This document shows positions 1 through 13,270 of a DNA stretch of 64,000 nt, piece after piece. The first letter of the stretch is position 1; every line of letters starts with the position of its first letter. The notes under the pieces are model-generated. The model saw only the letters and a list, made by a program, of their open reading frames with translations, made no database searches and was not told where the DNA came from. The position numbers were made by a program, and so were the translations under genes. The DNA lies in contig OX442314.1 of the NCBI GenBank assembly GCA_949358305.1, positions 7,068,001 through 7,132,000 of the forward strand, read 5' to 3'. This stretch comes from Strigamia acuminata (Eukaryota).

Positions 1-2124
1 GTTGCTCCACGTCCACTCCGCGCCTTTTTGTAACAGCTGGTACAAGGGCGCCAACACTGTCGCCATGTTAGGCAAAAACATTGCGTAGAACGTAATGAGG
101 CCCAGAAAGGCCCTTAGCTCGTGCACGTTCGTCGGGGTCGGTGCTGCTGTTATGGCCAACACCTTCCCAGATAAAGGAGCAATGCCCGCGTACGATATAC
201 GAAACCCCAAAAAATCCACAGCGTCAACCATGAATATCGACTTCGATTTGCATAAACGCAAACCCAATTCACGGAACCGCTGGAATACCTTTCGCAACAC
301 GATAATGTGTGCATCCTGAGTTGATGATGGAACCAACATGTCGTCCTGGTAAGGGCGTACTTCGACGATGTCCCTGAACTCCTCCTCGATTGTCCGTTGG
401 AACTCCCCAGCAGCGGTGATGATGCCAAAAGGCATCCGCGTCACCCTAAACAAGCCCATATGGGTGTTAACGGCTACTAGGTACGACGACTCCTCGTCCA
501 GCTCCCGCTGCTGGTACGCCTGTTGGAGATCCATCTTGGAGAAGATCACCGCATCGCCTATTGATGCCAATATGTCTGATATCTTGGGTAGCGGGTATGG
601 ATGCGGGTACAATGCTAGATTGATGGTGGAACGATAATCCCCGCAGAGCCGCACCTCGCCATCCTTCTTGGGAACCACCACTAAAGGCGTGGCCCAACGA
701 CTATATTTAATCGGGACTAAAATCCCTTGGCGTTGTAAATCTAAGATCGCTCTCTCTACTTTTTCCCGAAGCGCCATTGGCACTACACGTGGTCGGAAAA
801 ATCTCGGCGGGACAGTGGTGTCGACTTCCAAATGCAGGGGTGGTCCCCTATATAGCCCCAAGCCTGGTACAAAAATATCATGATACTCTGCCAGCAAATC
901 CTCAACCCTGCCCTGCGGTGAAGATGATGCCGTCACAGTGTTCACATTAGGGGCTTCGCGTCCGCACGTCCTCCCCAAGCTATTCAACACATTTCGACCC
1001 AAAAGGTTTGGCCCGCCATTCTCGACCACCAACATCTTAGCCGGGACTACAGTCATGTTATCGGTCAAAATTACATCTATTTTTCCATAAATACGGACCT
1101 GGTGACCGGTATACGTCCGTAACACGTCATTGGTGGGTCTCAATTGAGGACCCGACCCAAAGACTGGCCATAGTTGATGAAACGTGTCTAAAGTCAATAA
1201 CGACTGCTCGCACCCGGTGTCGATGAGCATTCGCAACGGTTGCCCATCCAAAAATACACTCAATTCAATCGGCGGGACCTGAGTGCTCTCCCCCTCAACC
1301 ATAAACACGTAAAAATCATCATCATTTGGCTGTTGTTGCCTGTCCTGTTCCCCATATTGCATATGCTGCTGTCGTTGCTGATATTGCTGTTCGTTGGGGC
1401 GATAACCTTGCCGTTGCTGGTGTGGGCCCCAAGCGTGGTCCAGACCCTGCTGAGGCTGACCACGATAAACTCCCGCAACCGGCCTCGCTTGATACTGCTG
1501 AGGCTGCTGGGGCTGCTGTTGCTGATAAAACTGCTGCTGCTGATAATGTTGCTGTTGTTGCTGATAATGCTGCTGTTGTTGCTGATGAGGTGCATGTTGC
1601 TGTTGATAAGGCTGCTGCTGCGTGAAACCGTCCAAACTCGGTTCCGCCATCCAATTGACCGGTACGCGACGTTGATTGAACGGTACGAAATCTTGACGAG
1701 GGCGCTGTCCCCTCTCTTGTTGCTGTTGCTGACTAATGTCCGCTTTCATGCAGACTCTGGCCAAATGACCGATTCCGCCACACCGATAACATTTGGCGTC
1801 GACGAATGGGCACGGTACACCCTTATGGTCACCGCCACAACGTTTACATTTCCCGATCAGTTGAGTGACGCTCATACTCGCCCGAGCCTGCGCGCCTCCG
1901 ACGCCCGACGCGAATGGCTGACCACGCGGTCTTGCTCGTCCAGCGTTCACGTTCATCTTCGGCACTGCGCCCTCGGGACGATACGTCTGACTTGGTGTCT
2001 CCACCCGATACACGTCAGACAACTGAACGGGTTGTGTCTTGTCAACGTCGAGTGAAGTCGCGCTTGTCGCCGACTCTCTTTGTTTCTTATATATCAATTG
2101 GCCCTGGGCCGCTGCTTCGGCCGC
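1..2124 (-). CDS. gag-pol: Gypsy A gag C-terminus (zinc knuckles, Q/N-rich tract), protease and reverse transcriptase; partial
   Basis: Manual translation gives CKRCGGDH...CYRCGGIGHLARVC, protease LIDTG (~1215-1230), RT PYQDD (~340-355) and LRAFLGLITFY. Frame continuity was not checked codon by codon. Confidence 0.85.
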
Positions 2125-4036
2125 TGTGACGGTGACGACCACAACTCCCATTTGACAATGGTACCGGGAAGAGATCGCAATAAATAAACAGTGAATACAA
2201 TACGAGATAAATACAAGACAGTTTATTGTTGGCAAACAATATGGATGAGCTAAATTATACATAGGACTAATGCCGACATTTGGCAAGTTAAATCAGCTAT
2301 TAAACTATACAAAGAATTGGCCAACTGGCCCTAGAATAATATCACTACGGGTCTGGAATATGGGAGCGGTTTCCCCATCGCTCGACCTGATTATAGATGT
2401 CATCTTAAGCCGGATGGCTGTGTCCTGGAGTCCGATACGGCTTCGCTGGTTTCCTTGGTTCGCTGTGTAAACTATCGCACGTCGATAAATCGAATGATCT
2501 GAGCATTGCGGTTGACTTTGTCTGCACCGCCACAACTTTGGGAGGATATTGGTGTAAGTAAATGTATTCATTTACTTATCAATATTCCACTTATGAATTA
2601 TATTTAATTCATATCGTTGTGAATTCTTATTTAGATATTTCGGGAATAAGTTGTCGTCAACTTATCGGTTATATTGAGTTCAATATGAGATTAAGTCTTC
2701 TGACTTGATTTTGGTCCAACTGGTTGTCGAGTTTAAGTTTTGCTGTTATAAATAAAATGAAGATTAAGCTTCCCGTCGCAACACACAATTGCCATCGATT
2801 AGAATATACGCCTTGCCATGCAGAACGGTATCAAGCGTCCCCGGCGTCGCAGCACGGTCGTCCATCGAGTGGTTGACGGTACCACGTACACAGGGGTCGA
2901 TAGCTCGCGGCTCCGCACAGCAGTTTTATCTCTCGCGGTACTAATAATAGACCGACTGCTTTGGCATCGAATACCATGAGAATCAGCTTGCCAAACACTT
3001 GGTGCTACTCGTGGTTACTGTAAAACAGACTGCTTTGGCACCATCAGGTGAAGGAACCGATTCTCAACAATACCGATGCTACTCGTGGTAACGGAATACG
3101 TTCATACCGAAAAAGACAACTTGGTCCTGTCCGGAGGATACTGAATTGCACAACGGCGGGTTCTCCTTCGGCGTCGCAACCGTAGACTGTAACATTTATG
3201 CAACATAATAATCCCAGCACTTCGACTTCAATTGCCGGCGGTGGCATGATTCTGTAGAATCATGCAACGGTTCTTTGCGAATAAATCAACAAAGAACCAA
3301 AAGGTTTTTTACGTGAACAACGAATCATACTTCTTAAGTAACAATACCAAACAGAAATAATCAAACAGAGCTGCGGAATGGCCGATTGTTTGGGTTTATA
3401 TAACCTGACTGGATTTAAGGATTAATCCAGTCATCCAATTGGAACATGGGTTCCACGAATCCCTCCAATCCCGTATCACCGGAAGTGGATACGGAGGAGC
3501 ATTTATGCAAATTATGCTAATCCTTGTTACAACCGGAACTGGATACCCAGGACCGGAAATGGGTTCCACCAATCAGATTGATCGGTTGACCGATTGATCG
3601 CTAAACATTCTGTCCCGCAGAAATGGAAGTTACATTGTATTTAACAATGTCAGATACTTAATATATATTTATATTAATATTTAACACAATTTATTCACTT
3701 GATTAAATATACGTTTATATTTAATCATGAGGTTTTCAAGTTCGTATTCGAATTTATCGCTAATTGCGATCGCGCCATCTAGTGGCAATATGGAGCATTG
3801 ACAAATGCGGGTTTTAGCAGACGAATCTTCGTAATTATGCCGTGATACTTTAGTATCATGTGGAAATTAGTGTTTATTCTTAATAAACGAACATCTTTGT
3901 ATTTAAAACATCATAAATGACTTTATTCTAGACATTTATCAGTTTTACACAGAATATTGTAAAAATACCATCATATTGGCGCAACAGCGCTTTCTTGATA
4001 GAAAATAGGCATTTATAGCCATTGTAAACCGTCATA
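2125..4036 (-). repeat. 3' LTR of LARD-like element
   Basis: Apparently identical to 10052-11963 (offset 7927; identical ORFs in the track). Termini are tgtgacggt...accgtcata. Confidence 0.95.
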
Positions 4037-4631
4037 CATCCCCCTTAATAACACAACTATATAATATTTTATAGAGTTTTCGTTATTCTCCTAATTAGCA
4101 TAAATGCTATTTTCGGACTTGATGTATCTTGGAGATACCGTGACTTCCAATTTCGAATTTGAGTTTACATAAACTAACTTGAATTATCTAAGTTCTGATT
4201 TTCTGCCGAAATAATCTTTTCTAATAGCCTAAATTCAAGTCCAGAATTTATTTCCAAGTCTTCTTTTTGAAGAAACTTTCGTCATACATAAAATCATCAT
4301 TTGTGTTATCACAAAATATTTATTTCATATGCCTAGTCAGATGTATCGCTATAAATATACAATAAATAGCTTTTAGATGATAAGAGTTGACAATTTAAGA
4401 ATCAAAATGTCCCCCTTAATTGTCATGACCGGAGTCACTTGGTATTCTTTGTACAATTGACTAATTTTAATTTAAACTAGTTGTCTTTTAATACTGTAAT
4501 ATTACTTTTCGAGAATTGTTAATTTTAACTTTATATTTTGTCCCCCTTTTCTTTAGAAGAGAGGTCATGATTTTTAGAAGAGGATTTTCTGTTTACACTA
4601 TAATCGGGGAATCTTTGTGTATCATATCATG

Positions 4632-6113
4632 TTAATCAACATGATTCTTTGCTAAATATTGAGCTCGCATATTTGCGAATTTCCGAGATCTCTCAGCCTG
4701 CTGTACTGATTTCTTTCGACGTTTTTCCTTTGGGCAGTTACATACAGTGTACTGACTTGGCAGTGTAAATGACCGTGACGACCCAACTTTTTGTTTTAGG
4801 TCATCTCTGGAAAACCATACATGAATGGGACCCTCATTGGAAAACCATACGTGGAAAGGACCCATATTTGGAATTGTGAAATCCCGCAACAAACGAGGGG
4901 ATCTATATTTGACTCTAAGTCGTGGAACTGATGATTGGAAACCTGGGTTTTCAGTCAGTTTTTGAACATGTTGGTTTGTACTTGAAGTTTCTTCATCACC
5001 AGCTGGACTTGGTGACCGAAAACGCTTTTTTGAAGTTCTTAATTCCTCTCGTTGAGATGAATTATTCTGGATATTGCAGGGTTGCTTTCCAGACGCAAAT
5101 TGTTGTATCTCCGTCAGATTGACGACTGGGACGGGTTTTAGTCGTTGGTTACGGTATTGATTTCGAAATACGAATTGTTGCGCTTCGTTTATATTTTTAA
5201 ATTCAGCTGAATTTAACTGGTATTGTTTACAATACTGTTCGAATTGATACCGGATCTCCCGTGGGTTAGTCAAAAAACTTTCTTTTTTAGGTTTAAAATC
5301 ATTCTCATTATCGTGTTGGTAATACTTTTTCAAGGGAAAAGTTTGCTTGACCTTTTTTCGATTTGAAATGGGCGTTAGGTAGAATTGTCTTGGCTGGGGA
5401 CTCTTCTTGGTAGACAAATCATACGTCCGCAAACATGAGTTTGTGATCGGCGATCGGGCACGTTGTTGTACGTTATTTGACTGCAAATGTTTGTTTGGAG
5501 TCCGAATATCTTTCCTTTGCGTTGATATTGGTGGCCCAAAACTTTTGTTTACGGTTCCCAATTCTTTTGATAGCGGTAGGTTAATCGACAGATTAAGGCT
5601 AGCCACATATCGTTGTGCTTCAGCTGGATTAGCATATCGAACTGAAATTAGCTGATCTCGATTGTAAACGAGTTTTAATTTGTTCTGAACAACCGACTGG
5701 TTAGTTAACGAACTCTCTGGACGAGAATTATTAGGTTTATAATTCTCTTCCCCCTTATCTACCGAATTAGGTGGTTTAAACTTTTCTAACTTAGATCCCC
5801 TACTGGATGTTTGAAACATAGTATGAGAATCTTGATTCACTAAGTTTCGGCTGTATGTTTGTGGATTCCGTACTGGATCTTGATGTGAAGATTGAGATTG
5901 GGTACGATCTCGCCAGTTCCTAGCTTTTACATAGTCTGAAGCTTCGATTATATTTTTAAACTTGGTTTTATCCAGTCCATGACGATTACAATACAGAGTA
6001 AAATGATCGGGAATCTTTTCTGTTTGATCGCCAAGTGGTACAGAACTTAAATTTAAGTTTGTCTGCTTATTATTTCCTTTTGGATCGATCATATTCAATG
6101 GTTTTTGAGCCAT
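4632..6113 (-). CDS. Orphan basic, N/Q/S-rich protein (~493 aa from ATG) carried by the LARD-like element
   Basis: 1.5 kb open frame in very AT-rich DNA, sense to the element, with internal repeats. No recognisable retroelement motif. Confidence 0.65.
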   Translation of the reverse strand: MAQKPLNMIDPKGNNKQTNLNLSSVPLGDQTEKIPDHFTLYCNRHGLDKTKFKNIIEASDYVKARNWRDRTQSQSSHQDPVRNPQTYSRNLVNQDSHTMFQTSSRGSKLEKFKPPNSVDKGEENYKPNNSRPESSLTNQSVVQNKLKLVYNRDQLISVRYANPAEAQRYVASLNLSINLPLSKELGTVNKSFGPPISTQRKDIRTPNKHLQSNNVQQRARSPITNSCLRTYDLSTKKSPQPRQFYLTPISNRKKVKQTFPLKKYYQHDNENDFKPKKESFLTNPREIRYQFEQYCKQYQLNSAEFKNINEAQQFVFRNQYRNQRLKPVPVVNLTEIQQFASGKQPCNIQNNSSQREELRTSKKRFRSPSPAGDEETSSTNQHVQKLTENPGFQSSVPRLRVKYRSPRLLRDFTIPNMGPFHVWFSNEGPIHVWFSRDDLKQKVGSSRSFTLPSQYTVCNCPKEKRRKKSVQQAERSRKFANMRAQYLAKNHVD

Positions 6114-9070
6114 AAAAAAATTCAAAATCTGACGATTTTAATTCTTTAATTTATAAAGAAGACGAATATAATACACTTTTCAACAAGAAACACTTCTAAA
6201 CTTTACTTTTGACAAAATAAAATTAAACTTCGCGTTTGTTTGACACGTGTTAGCTTTTGCAGGTTACACGGCACACAAAATTCGAATCGTGACTGAAATC
6301 GGGACGGCGTGGTCAAGATGACTCTGGAACACGTCTTCTGGTCTGGTCTGGATGCGAATGATCAGTATCTGATCTGGTCCTCCTTTAATAGCAGGGGGCT
6401 GGGGATCCCTAGATCTCCCAACTTCTGATTGGCGGATGTTAGTGTCGGCCAATGGTATAAAGGACGTTACATCTATTTAGTAGTTCTCTACTAAGTCCGT
6501 TCCCTTCGAGATTCAATTTTACCGATAAAATAAAATTCCTTCGGGAAGACATTCGTAAAATATTGTATTTTTCAAATGAAAATAAAATAAACTTACTTCA
6601 ATCTTCTTGAACTTTGGGATTTTTACCAATCCAAATAATTAAATAACTTTTCTTCAAAAAATATTTTTCTTTGATTATTCCGTTTAGTGTGTAATATCAT
6701 TACAACCACAGTTTTAATAAAGTTTTCTCAAACTCTCAATTTTTCTTATTCTTATTCAATTATCGTTCAAATAATCATTCCTTTGTAATTGAAATCTATT
6801 TTCGATTCCCAACATTGTGTATTCATTTCCAATAGGAAGAATAATTTGACCAAGTCTTTACTTTTTCGGGTTTAAATTCCATTTTTCGAGTGTGAAAAAA
6901 TAAATTTTCACCATCCATCTCCCCCTTTTTTAACAAATTTTTTTAACAAATAAAAATTCGTTAAAATTCTTTAAATTTGTTTTGCGAGAAAAATTATCTA
7001 ATTCTCTAATCTTCCAAAAGAAAATATTCGAAATTTTACTTTAAACGATAAAGTTATTGGTACAAATGTGTACTTGTTTTTCGGGAGAAAACTATTCGAC
7101 AATCCTTTAGACTTTTGGGTAAAAATTATTCATCAAATCTTTCTTTTTTGATGACAATTGCTTTGATTTTTCGAAAGAAAATATCTAGCTAAATTCCACT
7201 TTTCCTGAGCGGACAATTGTTTTCACAATTAGTTATTCCTTTGCGATATTTACGAAGGACGTGTCTTTGATTATTCGTTTTAATAATTTTCGTCCCCCTT
7301 ATCTCTAATAACGAGATGTTTTTGCAGAGATCTTTTATCTTTTGAATGAAAGAATATTTAAATCTCAATTGTCGTAAATACCTTCATCTGCTGCAGCATT
7401 TCCTCAATTTGAACTTTTCAAATGAAAAGACAAATCTGGAGAACTTTCACTGTCAAACTTCTATTCCTATCGCGCCAAAATTCGTAATTCACTGGTTTGG
7501 AATTCCGTATAACACGTGACACAATAACAGTATCGATGTCACAATTAAGCAGTTTACTACTCGGTCCGCGCGAGGACATGTAAATTACTTTTTTCCGATA
7601 AAAATAATTTTTCTTTGAAAAATATTTGAAATTGATTTTTCACAACTACTTTTGAATGAAATAAAATGAAGTTATTCCAACTTTTCGTTAATTGCTCACA
7701 CATAACATTCCCTTTACTGTGGGATTTGCATCGAAATTCCATTTTTAAAGAACCTTTCTTTTACTTATCGCAAATAAAACATATTCAATCGTTTTTCTGA
7801 TTAAACTTTAACACGTAAATTACGAACGAAATATATGATGACATTCCATTAACCTTTAGGAAAATTGACTAAATTCTTAATTTTTAGAGAAAAATAATGT
7901 ATCTAGAATCTTTCCTTTTCCGAATAAAATCTATGTTCAAAATAGAAGATAAATCTTGTGCAATTCTTAGTTTTTTCGAATGGAAAAATACAACTTTTCA
8001 TCAGCGGTGATTTATTTGATTTTTCCGAAAGAAAAATAATTACTTTGAAACTTATTTTCTTCGTTTAAATCAGCTATCTGATTTTAAAGCTTCAATCCAA
8101 TCAAAAAATATTCGCTCCGTAAATATTTCATGTGGCAAAGTTCATAGCCACAAATGGATTTGTTATTCCGGTTTTAAGAAATCATGTGGGAAAATGTCCG
8201 ATTAGATTACTAAAAATATTCGTTGTTTTTCAAACAGCTAAATTTCATTTAGAAATTCTCAAAATTTGGGAGACCCAAATATCGTTGGAAACTTAAAACA
8301 CTTGTTAAATTTCCGAAAGGAAAGATTGAATGAAATCCTTTTACTTTTCCGAGGGAAAGCGTTTTTCGTGATTCGTAACTTTCAATGTAAAAAATACTAT
8401 TCTACGTGGTCGGCAACTTCATTCGCCGCCATTTTATATTTTCTTAATTTCCATTGTCCCGAAGGAAAAAATGTACTTTTTGTGAAAATAGTTAATTCCT
8501 TCAAATAAAGGTAATATTCATTTCGATTTGCAAATCTTTTCTGCGAAATGGAGTGTGTTGTTTTTCTTCAACAACTAAATTATCTTCGGTACCGATGGCA
8601 GTGGAAAAATTAGTTCGCGACACTTAAATAAATCTCTACGAACCTTCTGTAACATTTCTCCGCTGTCTTTTATCTGTTGTCCGCCATAATTTCCAAGCAT
8701 TCGTTCGCACCTTGCATTGAAGGTTTGAGTAGCTTCCCTGCTGCGTTTGATACGGAGATCGACGCGTATTGCTATGGCGCGTGGTCGCTGGCTATCGGTG
8801 TCGACGTACAGTTACAAGAAACTTAATTTCTTGTAAATATTTCCAAATAGTTGCGGTGTTTTCTTCGTTTTAACTTTTCAGGTGGAAAGATAAATTCGTA
8901 AGAAGTCCGCCTTCTAAACTTGTATGTTTTTAGCTTTTCGAAATAAAACAAACTTCGAAAAAAAAATATCTGTATTCTTATTTCACTCGAAACTTTTTTG
9001 ATTTCTTATTTAAAATACTTCGTATTCCTTAAATTGTCGAACGAAAATAGTAAAGAGAGTTCACTAAACG

Positions 9071-10056
9071 TTTCCATTTCGTCAGTTTAACTTTTCACAT
9101 GAAAATATAAACTGAAAATCTATTTGTCTGTTTTAACTAAAATTTTTTAGTTAATATCGGATTCAAGATTCGCTTTTGCAATTCGATCGAATTAATTTGC
9201 AACCTATTTCAGTGATCGTGTGATAGGTCTATAACTTCCGAAATTCCTAGTTAAAGGACTGTTTTGGTGTTTCTCAAGAAAATAAACATGGTTTGAAACT
9301 TGTCTGTTTTTTAACTAAATCTTTTAGTTAAATATTTATCTCAAAATATTCACTGTTGCAATTCAAACGAATTTAATTGCAACCTAATCTCGGTGGGACC
9401 TCCACGTGTGAGATTAGGTGGTAGTCTTTGAAATCCCTAAAATCTTCAAACGAAAATAATGAAGGAAAATCTACTACGTATTTCTATTTCATCAGTTTAA
9501 CTTCTTCACATGGAAATATAAACTGAAAATCTATTTGTCTGTTTTAACTAAAAATTTTTTTGTTAATATCGGATTCAAGATTCGCTTTTGCAATTCGATC
9601 GAATTAATTTGCAACCTATTTCAGTGATCGTGTGATAGGTCTATAACTTCCGAAATTCCTAGTTAAAGGACAGTTTTGGTGTTTCTCAAGAAAATAAACA
9701 TGGTTTGAAACTGGTCTGTTTTTTAACTAAATCTTTTAGTTAAATATTTATCTCAAAATTCACTTTTACAATTCTATCGAATTTAATTGCAACCTAATCT
9801 CGGTGGGACCTCCACGTGTGAGATTAGGTGGTAGTCTTTGAAATCCCTAAAATCTTCAAACGAAAATAATGAAGGAAAATCTACTACGTATTTCTATTTC
9901 ATCAGTTTAACTTCTTCACATGGAAATATAAACTGAAAATTTAATCTGTCTATTTTTAACTTAAATCTTTTAGTTAAATATTTATCTCCAATATTCACTG
10001 TTGCAATTCAATCGAATTTAATTGCAACCTAATCTCGGTGGGACCTCCACGTGTGA
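9071..10056 (-). repeat. Tandem leader repeat (~410-bp period, two related subunits) containing three intact tRNA-Gln PBS copies
   Basis: aatctcggtgggacctcca occurs at 9386-9404, 9796-9814 and 10031-10049. Degenerate versions lie at ~9203-9223 and ~9615-9635. Confidence 0.9.
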
Positions 10057-11963
10057 CGGTGACGACCACAACTCCCATTTGACAATGGTACCGGGAAGAG
10101 ATCGCAATAAATAAACAGTGAATACAATACGAGATAAATACAAGACAGTTTATTGTTGGCAAACAATATGGATGAGCTAAATTATACATAGGACTAATGC
10201 CGACATTTGGCAAGTTAAATCAGCTATTAAACTATACAAAGAATTGGCCAACTGGCCCTAGAATAATATCACTACGGGTCTGGAATATGGGAGCGGTTTC
10301 CCCATCGCTCGACCTGATTATAGATGTCATCTTAAGCCGGATGGCTGTGTCCTGGAGTCCGATACGGCTTCGCTGGTTTCCTTGGTTCGCTGTGTAAACT
10401 ATCGCACGTCGATAAATCGAATGATCTGAGCATTGCGGTTGACTTTGTCTGCACCGCCACAACTTTGGGAGGATATTGGTGTAAGTAAATGTATTCATTT
10501 ACTTATCAATATTCCACTTATGAATTATATTTAATTCATATCGTTGTGAATTCTTATTTAGATATTTCGGGAATAAGTTGTCGTCAACTTATCGGTTATA
10601 TTGAGTTCAATATGAGATTAAGTCTTCTGACTTGATTTTGGTCCAACTGGTTGTCGAGTTTAAGTTTTGCTGTTATAAATAAAATGAAGATTAAGCTTCC
10701 CGTCGCAACACACAATTGCCATCGATTAGAATATACGCCTTGCCATGCAGAACGGTATCAAGCGTCCCCGGCGTCGCAGCACGGTCGTCCATCGAGTGGT
10801 TGACGGTACCACGTACACAGGGGTCGATAGCTCGCGGCTCCGCACAGCAGTTTTATCTCTCGCGGTACTAATAATAGACCGACTGCTTTGGCATCGAATA
10901 CCATGAGAATCAGCTTGCCAAACACTTGGTGCTACTCGTGGTTACTGTAAAACAGACTGCTTTGGCACCATCAGGTGAAGGAACCGATTCTCAACAATAC
11001 CGATGCTACTCGTGGTAACGGAATACGTTCATACCGAAAAAGACAACTTGGTCCTGTCCGGAGGATACTGAATTGCACAACGGCGGGTTCTCCTTCGGCG
11101 TCGCAACCGTAGACTGTAACATTTATGCAACATAATAATCCCAGCACTTCGACTTCAATTGCCGGCGGTGGCATGATTCTGTAGAATCATGCAACGGTTC
11201 TTTGCGAATAAATCAACAAAGAACCAAAAGGTTTTTTACGTGAACAACGAATCATACTTCTTAAGTAACAATACCAAACAGAAATAATCAAACAGAGCTG
11301 CGGAATGGCCGATTGTTTGGGTTTATATAACCTGACTGGATTTAAGGATTAATCCAGTCATCCAATTGGAACATGGGTTCCACGAATCCCTCCAATCCCG
11401 TATCACCGGAAGTGGATACGGAGGAGCATTTATGCAAATTATGCTAATCCTTGTTACAACCGGAACTGGATACCCAGGACCGGAAATGGGTTCCACCAAT
11501 CAGATTGATCGGTTGACCGATTGATCGCTAAACATTCTGTCCCGCAGAAATGGAAGTTACATTGTATTTAACAATGTCAGATACTTAATATATATTTATA
11601 TTAATATTTAACACAATTTATTCACTTGATTAAATATACGTTTATATTTAATCATGAGGTTTTCAAGTTCGTATTCGAATTTATCGCTAATTGCGATCGC
11701 GCCATCTAGTGGCAATATGGAGCATTGACAAATGCGGGTTTTAGCAGACGAATCTTCGTAATTATGCCGTGATACTTTAGTATCATGTGGAAATTAGTGT
11801 TTATTCTTAATAAACGAACATCTTTGTATTTAAAACATCATAAATGACTTTATTCTAGACATTTATCAGTTTTACACAGAATATTGTAAAAATACCATCA
11901 TATTGGCGCAACAGCGCTTTCTTGATAGAAAATAGGCATTTATAGCCATTGTAAACCGTCATA
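10052..11963 (-). repeat. 5' LTR of LARD-like element
   Basis: Direct repeat of 2125-4036, with the PBS immediately adjacent. Confidence 0.95.
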
Positions 11964-12568
11964 CCGCTAAAGCCAATTTGACCGCTTTGGCCAAATCTAA
12001 CGTTTCCTCCTCCAAAAGTCTTAAACGTACTTTATCGTTGTTTACCCCCGTTATGAATTGGGTAAGTATCGCCTCATCATTGACGTCCTTAGATGGGAAT
12101 TTGCACAGGCGCGCTTGCGCCCTGAGATCCGCCACAAATTTCGCGATGTTTTCTCCGGCTTGTCGCTTGATGCCGGCCAGCTTATGTCGCTGTACGTGTG
12201 GTCTAGTGATGGCCTGGAAATGTTCTGTCAACTTGTCGACCACCGTTGCAAGCGTTGCTTTTTCGATGGTCTCTGGATATATCAAGTCACGAATCAAACC
12301 GTACGTTTCGGAGCCGACCACCGTCGTGAGCAGTTTTTTTCTCTCGTCGTCTTTGACGTGGTTCAGCACACAAAAATCAGTGAACTGATGGACATACTGA
12401 TTCCAGGCCTCCTCCGACCTCCCGGTGAATGGCAAGATGTTTCCGAGCAGATGGGATGGCCGGTCGGTTTGCGCTTTAACCAACGTGGTAATCGCCGCGA
12501 TCAAATCGCTCGTCGACGACGATGACGGCAACGACAACCCGGTCGTCGATTTGGGCGGATCAGTCATA
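11964..12568 (-). CDS. gag: Gypsy A gag N-terminal (capsid) part, interrupted
   Basis: MTDPPKSTT...PFTGRSEEAWNQYV...LLTTVVGSETYGLIRDL...LRAQARLCKF...QFITGV, typical of Mag-clade Gag. It ends at the TSD ccgc. Confidence 0.85.
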
Positions 12569-13270
12569 CTTGTCGCTAATAGAACAAAGGTAGCCTGTAC
12601 TAAGAATATTAAACACGAAAATACCGCAAACAATACATATCTCACGCAAAAACGAGCTTTGATGCAGCCCATGAGTTCGTCCTCAATCGAACGTCTTCGA
12701 CTCGTCGCCAGCGTGCGATGTTTCTTCACAATAAAACCAAACGATTCCGGTGAAATGCTAATGCTTTATTCTTTGCTCAACTCCACAATACTACATCGTT
12801 TTGATGTCAATTTAGTCAGCTGTTTTCTCTTACACGATACCAAACTGTTTACATTCCTTTTTTAGTATATATTGATACAATGCATTATAAAAAGCGCGTG
12901 TCATTATTACATGTTCATTATTACGTGATACGATCAAAATAAATAATACATTAGCTTTATATATCGATACAACGCAACATATTGAAAATGGCCGCACACA
13001 CGAGAGTGTGCTTCATCATGTATTTCCAAGCAGTTTTGGATCTTTTCAGTAAGTTTTTGTTAAATAAATGTTATATTTTGCTTAGATATTGATTTAGTTT
13101 GGTGCTGCACATTGGTATAAGTGCAGCACACGTGTATTTGACCGTCAGTCCGCTCAAATACACGTACACGCATTGTGCGCATTTTTGTCCGCACTTAGAA
13201 GTGCGTTTGACACGTTTTCACGCTTCCTACACACGACCAGGGTCGTGTTTGCTGCGCTACACCGTTACAC

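Larger units (their letters stand above)
2125..11963 (-). mobile_element. Non-autonomous large LTR element (LARD-like), 9.8 kb, no gag/pol
   Basis: Two 1912-bp direct repeats and a 4-bp TSD ccgc (2121-2124, 11964-11967). tRNA-Gln PBS at 10031-10049 and PPT AAGGGGGATG at 4037-4046. Confidence 0.93.
1..12976 (-). mobile_element. Ty3/Gypsy (Mag/K02A2.6-like) LTR retrotransposon 'Gypsy A', 5' part; split by an insertion at 2125-11963; continues beyond the left window edge
   Basis: Putative 5' LTR at ~12714-12976 (ends approximate) and PBS-like TGGCGACGAG at 12701-12710. The gag reading frame rejoins across the insertion (LALA|AEAAAQG). Confidence 0.88.

Noticed and set aside
1240..2055. 271-aa Leu-rich plus-strand ORF (and overlapping Ala/Val- or Ser-rich ORFs)
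   Set aside because: Antisense or alternative-frame shadows of the Q/N-rich CAG/AAC tract of Gypsy A gag.
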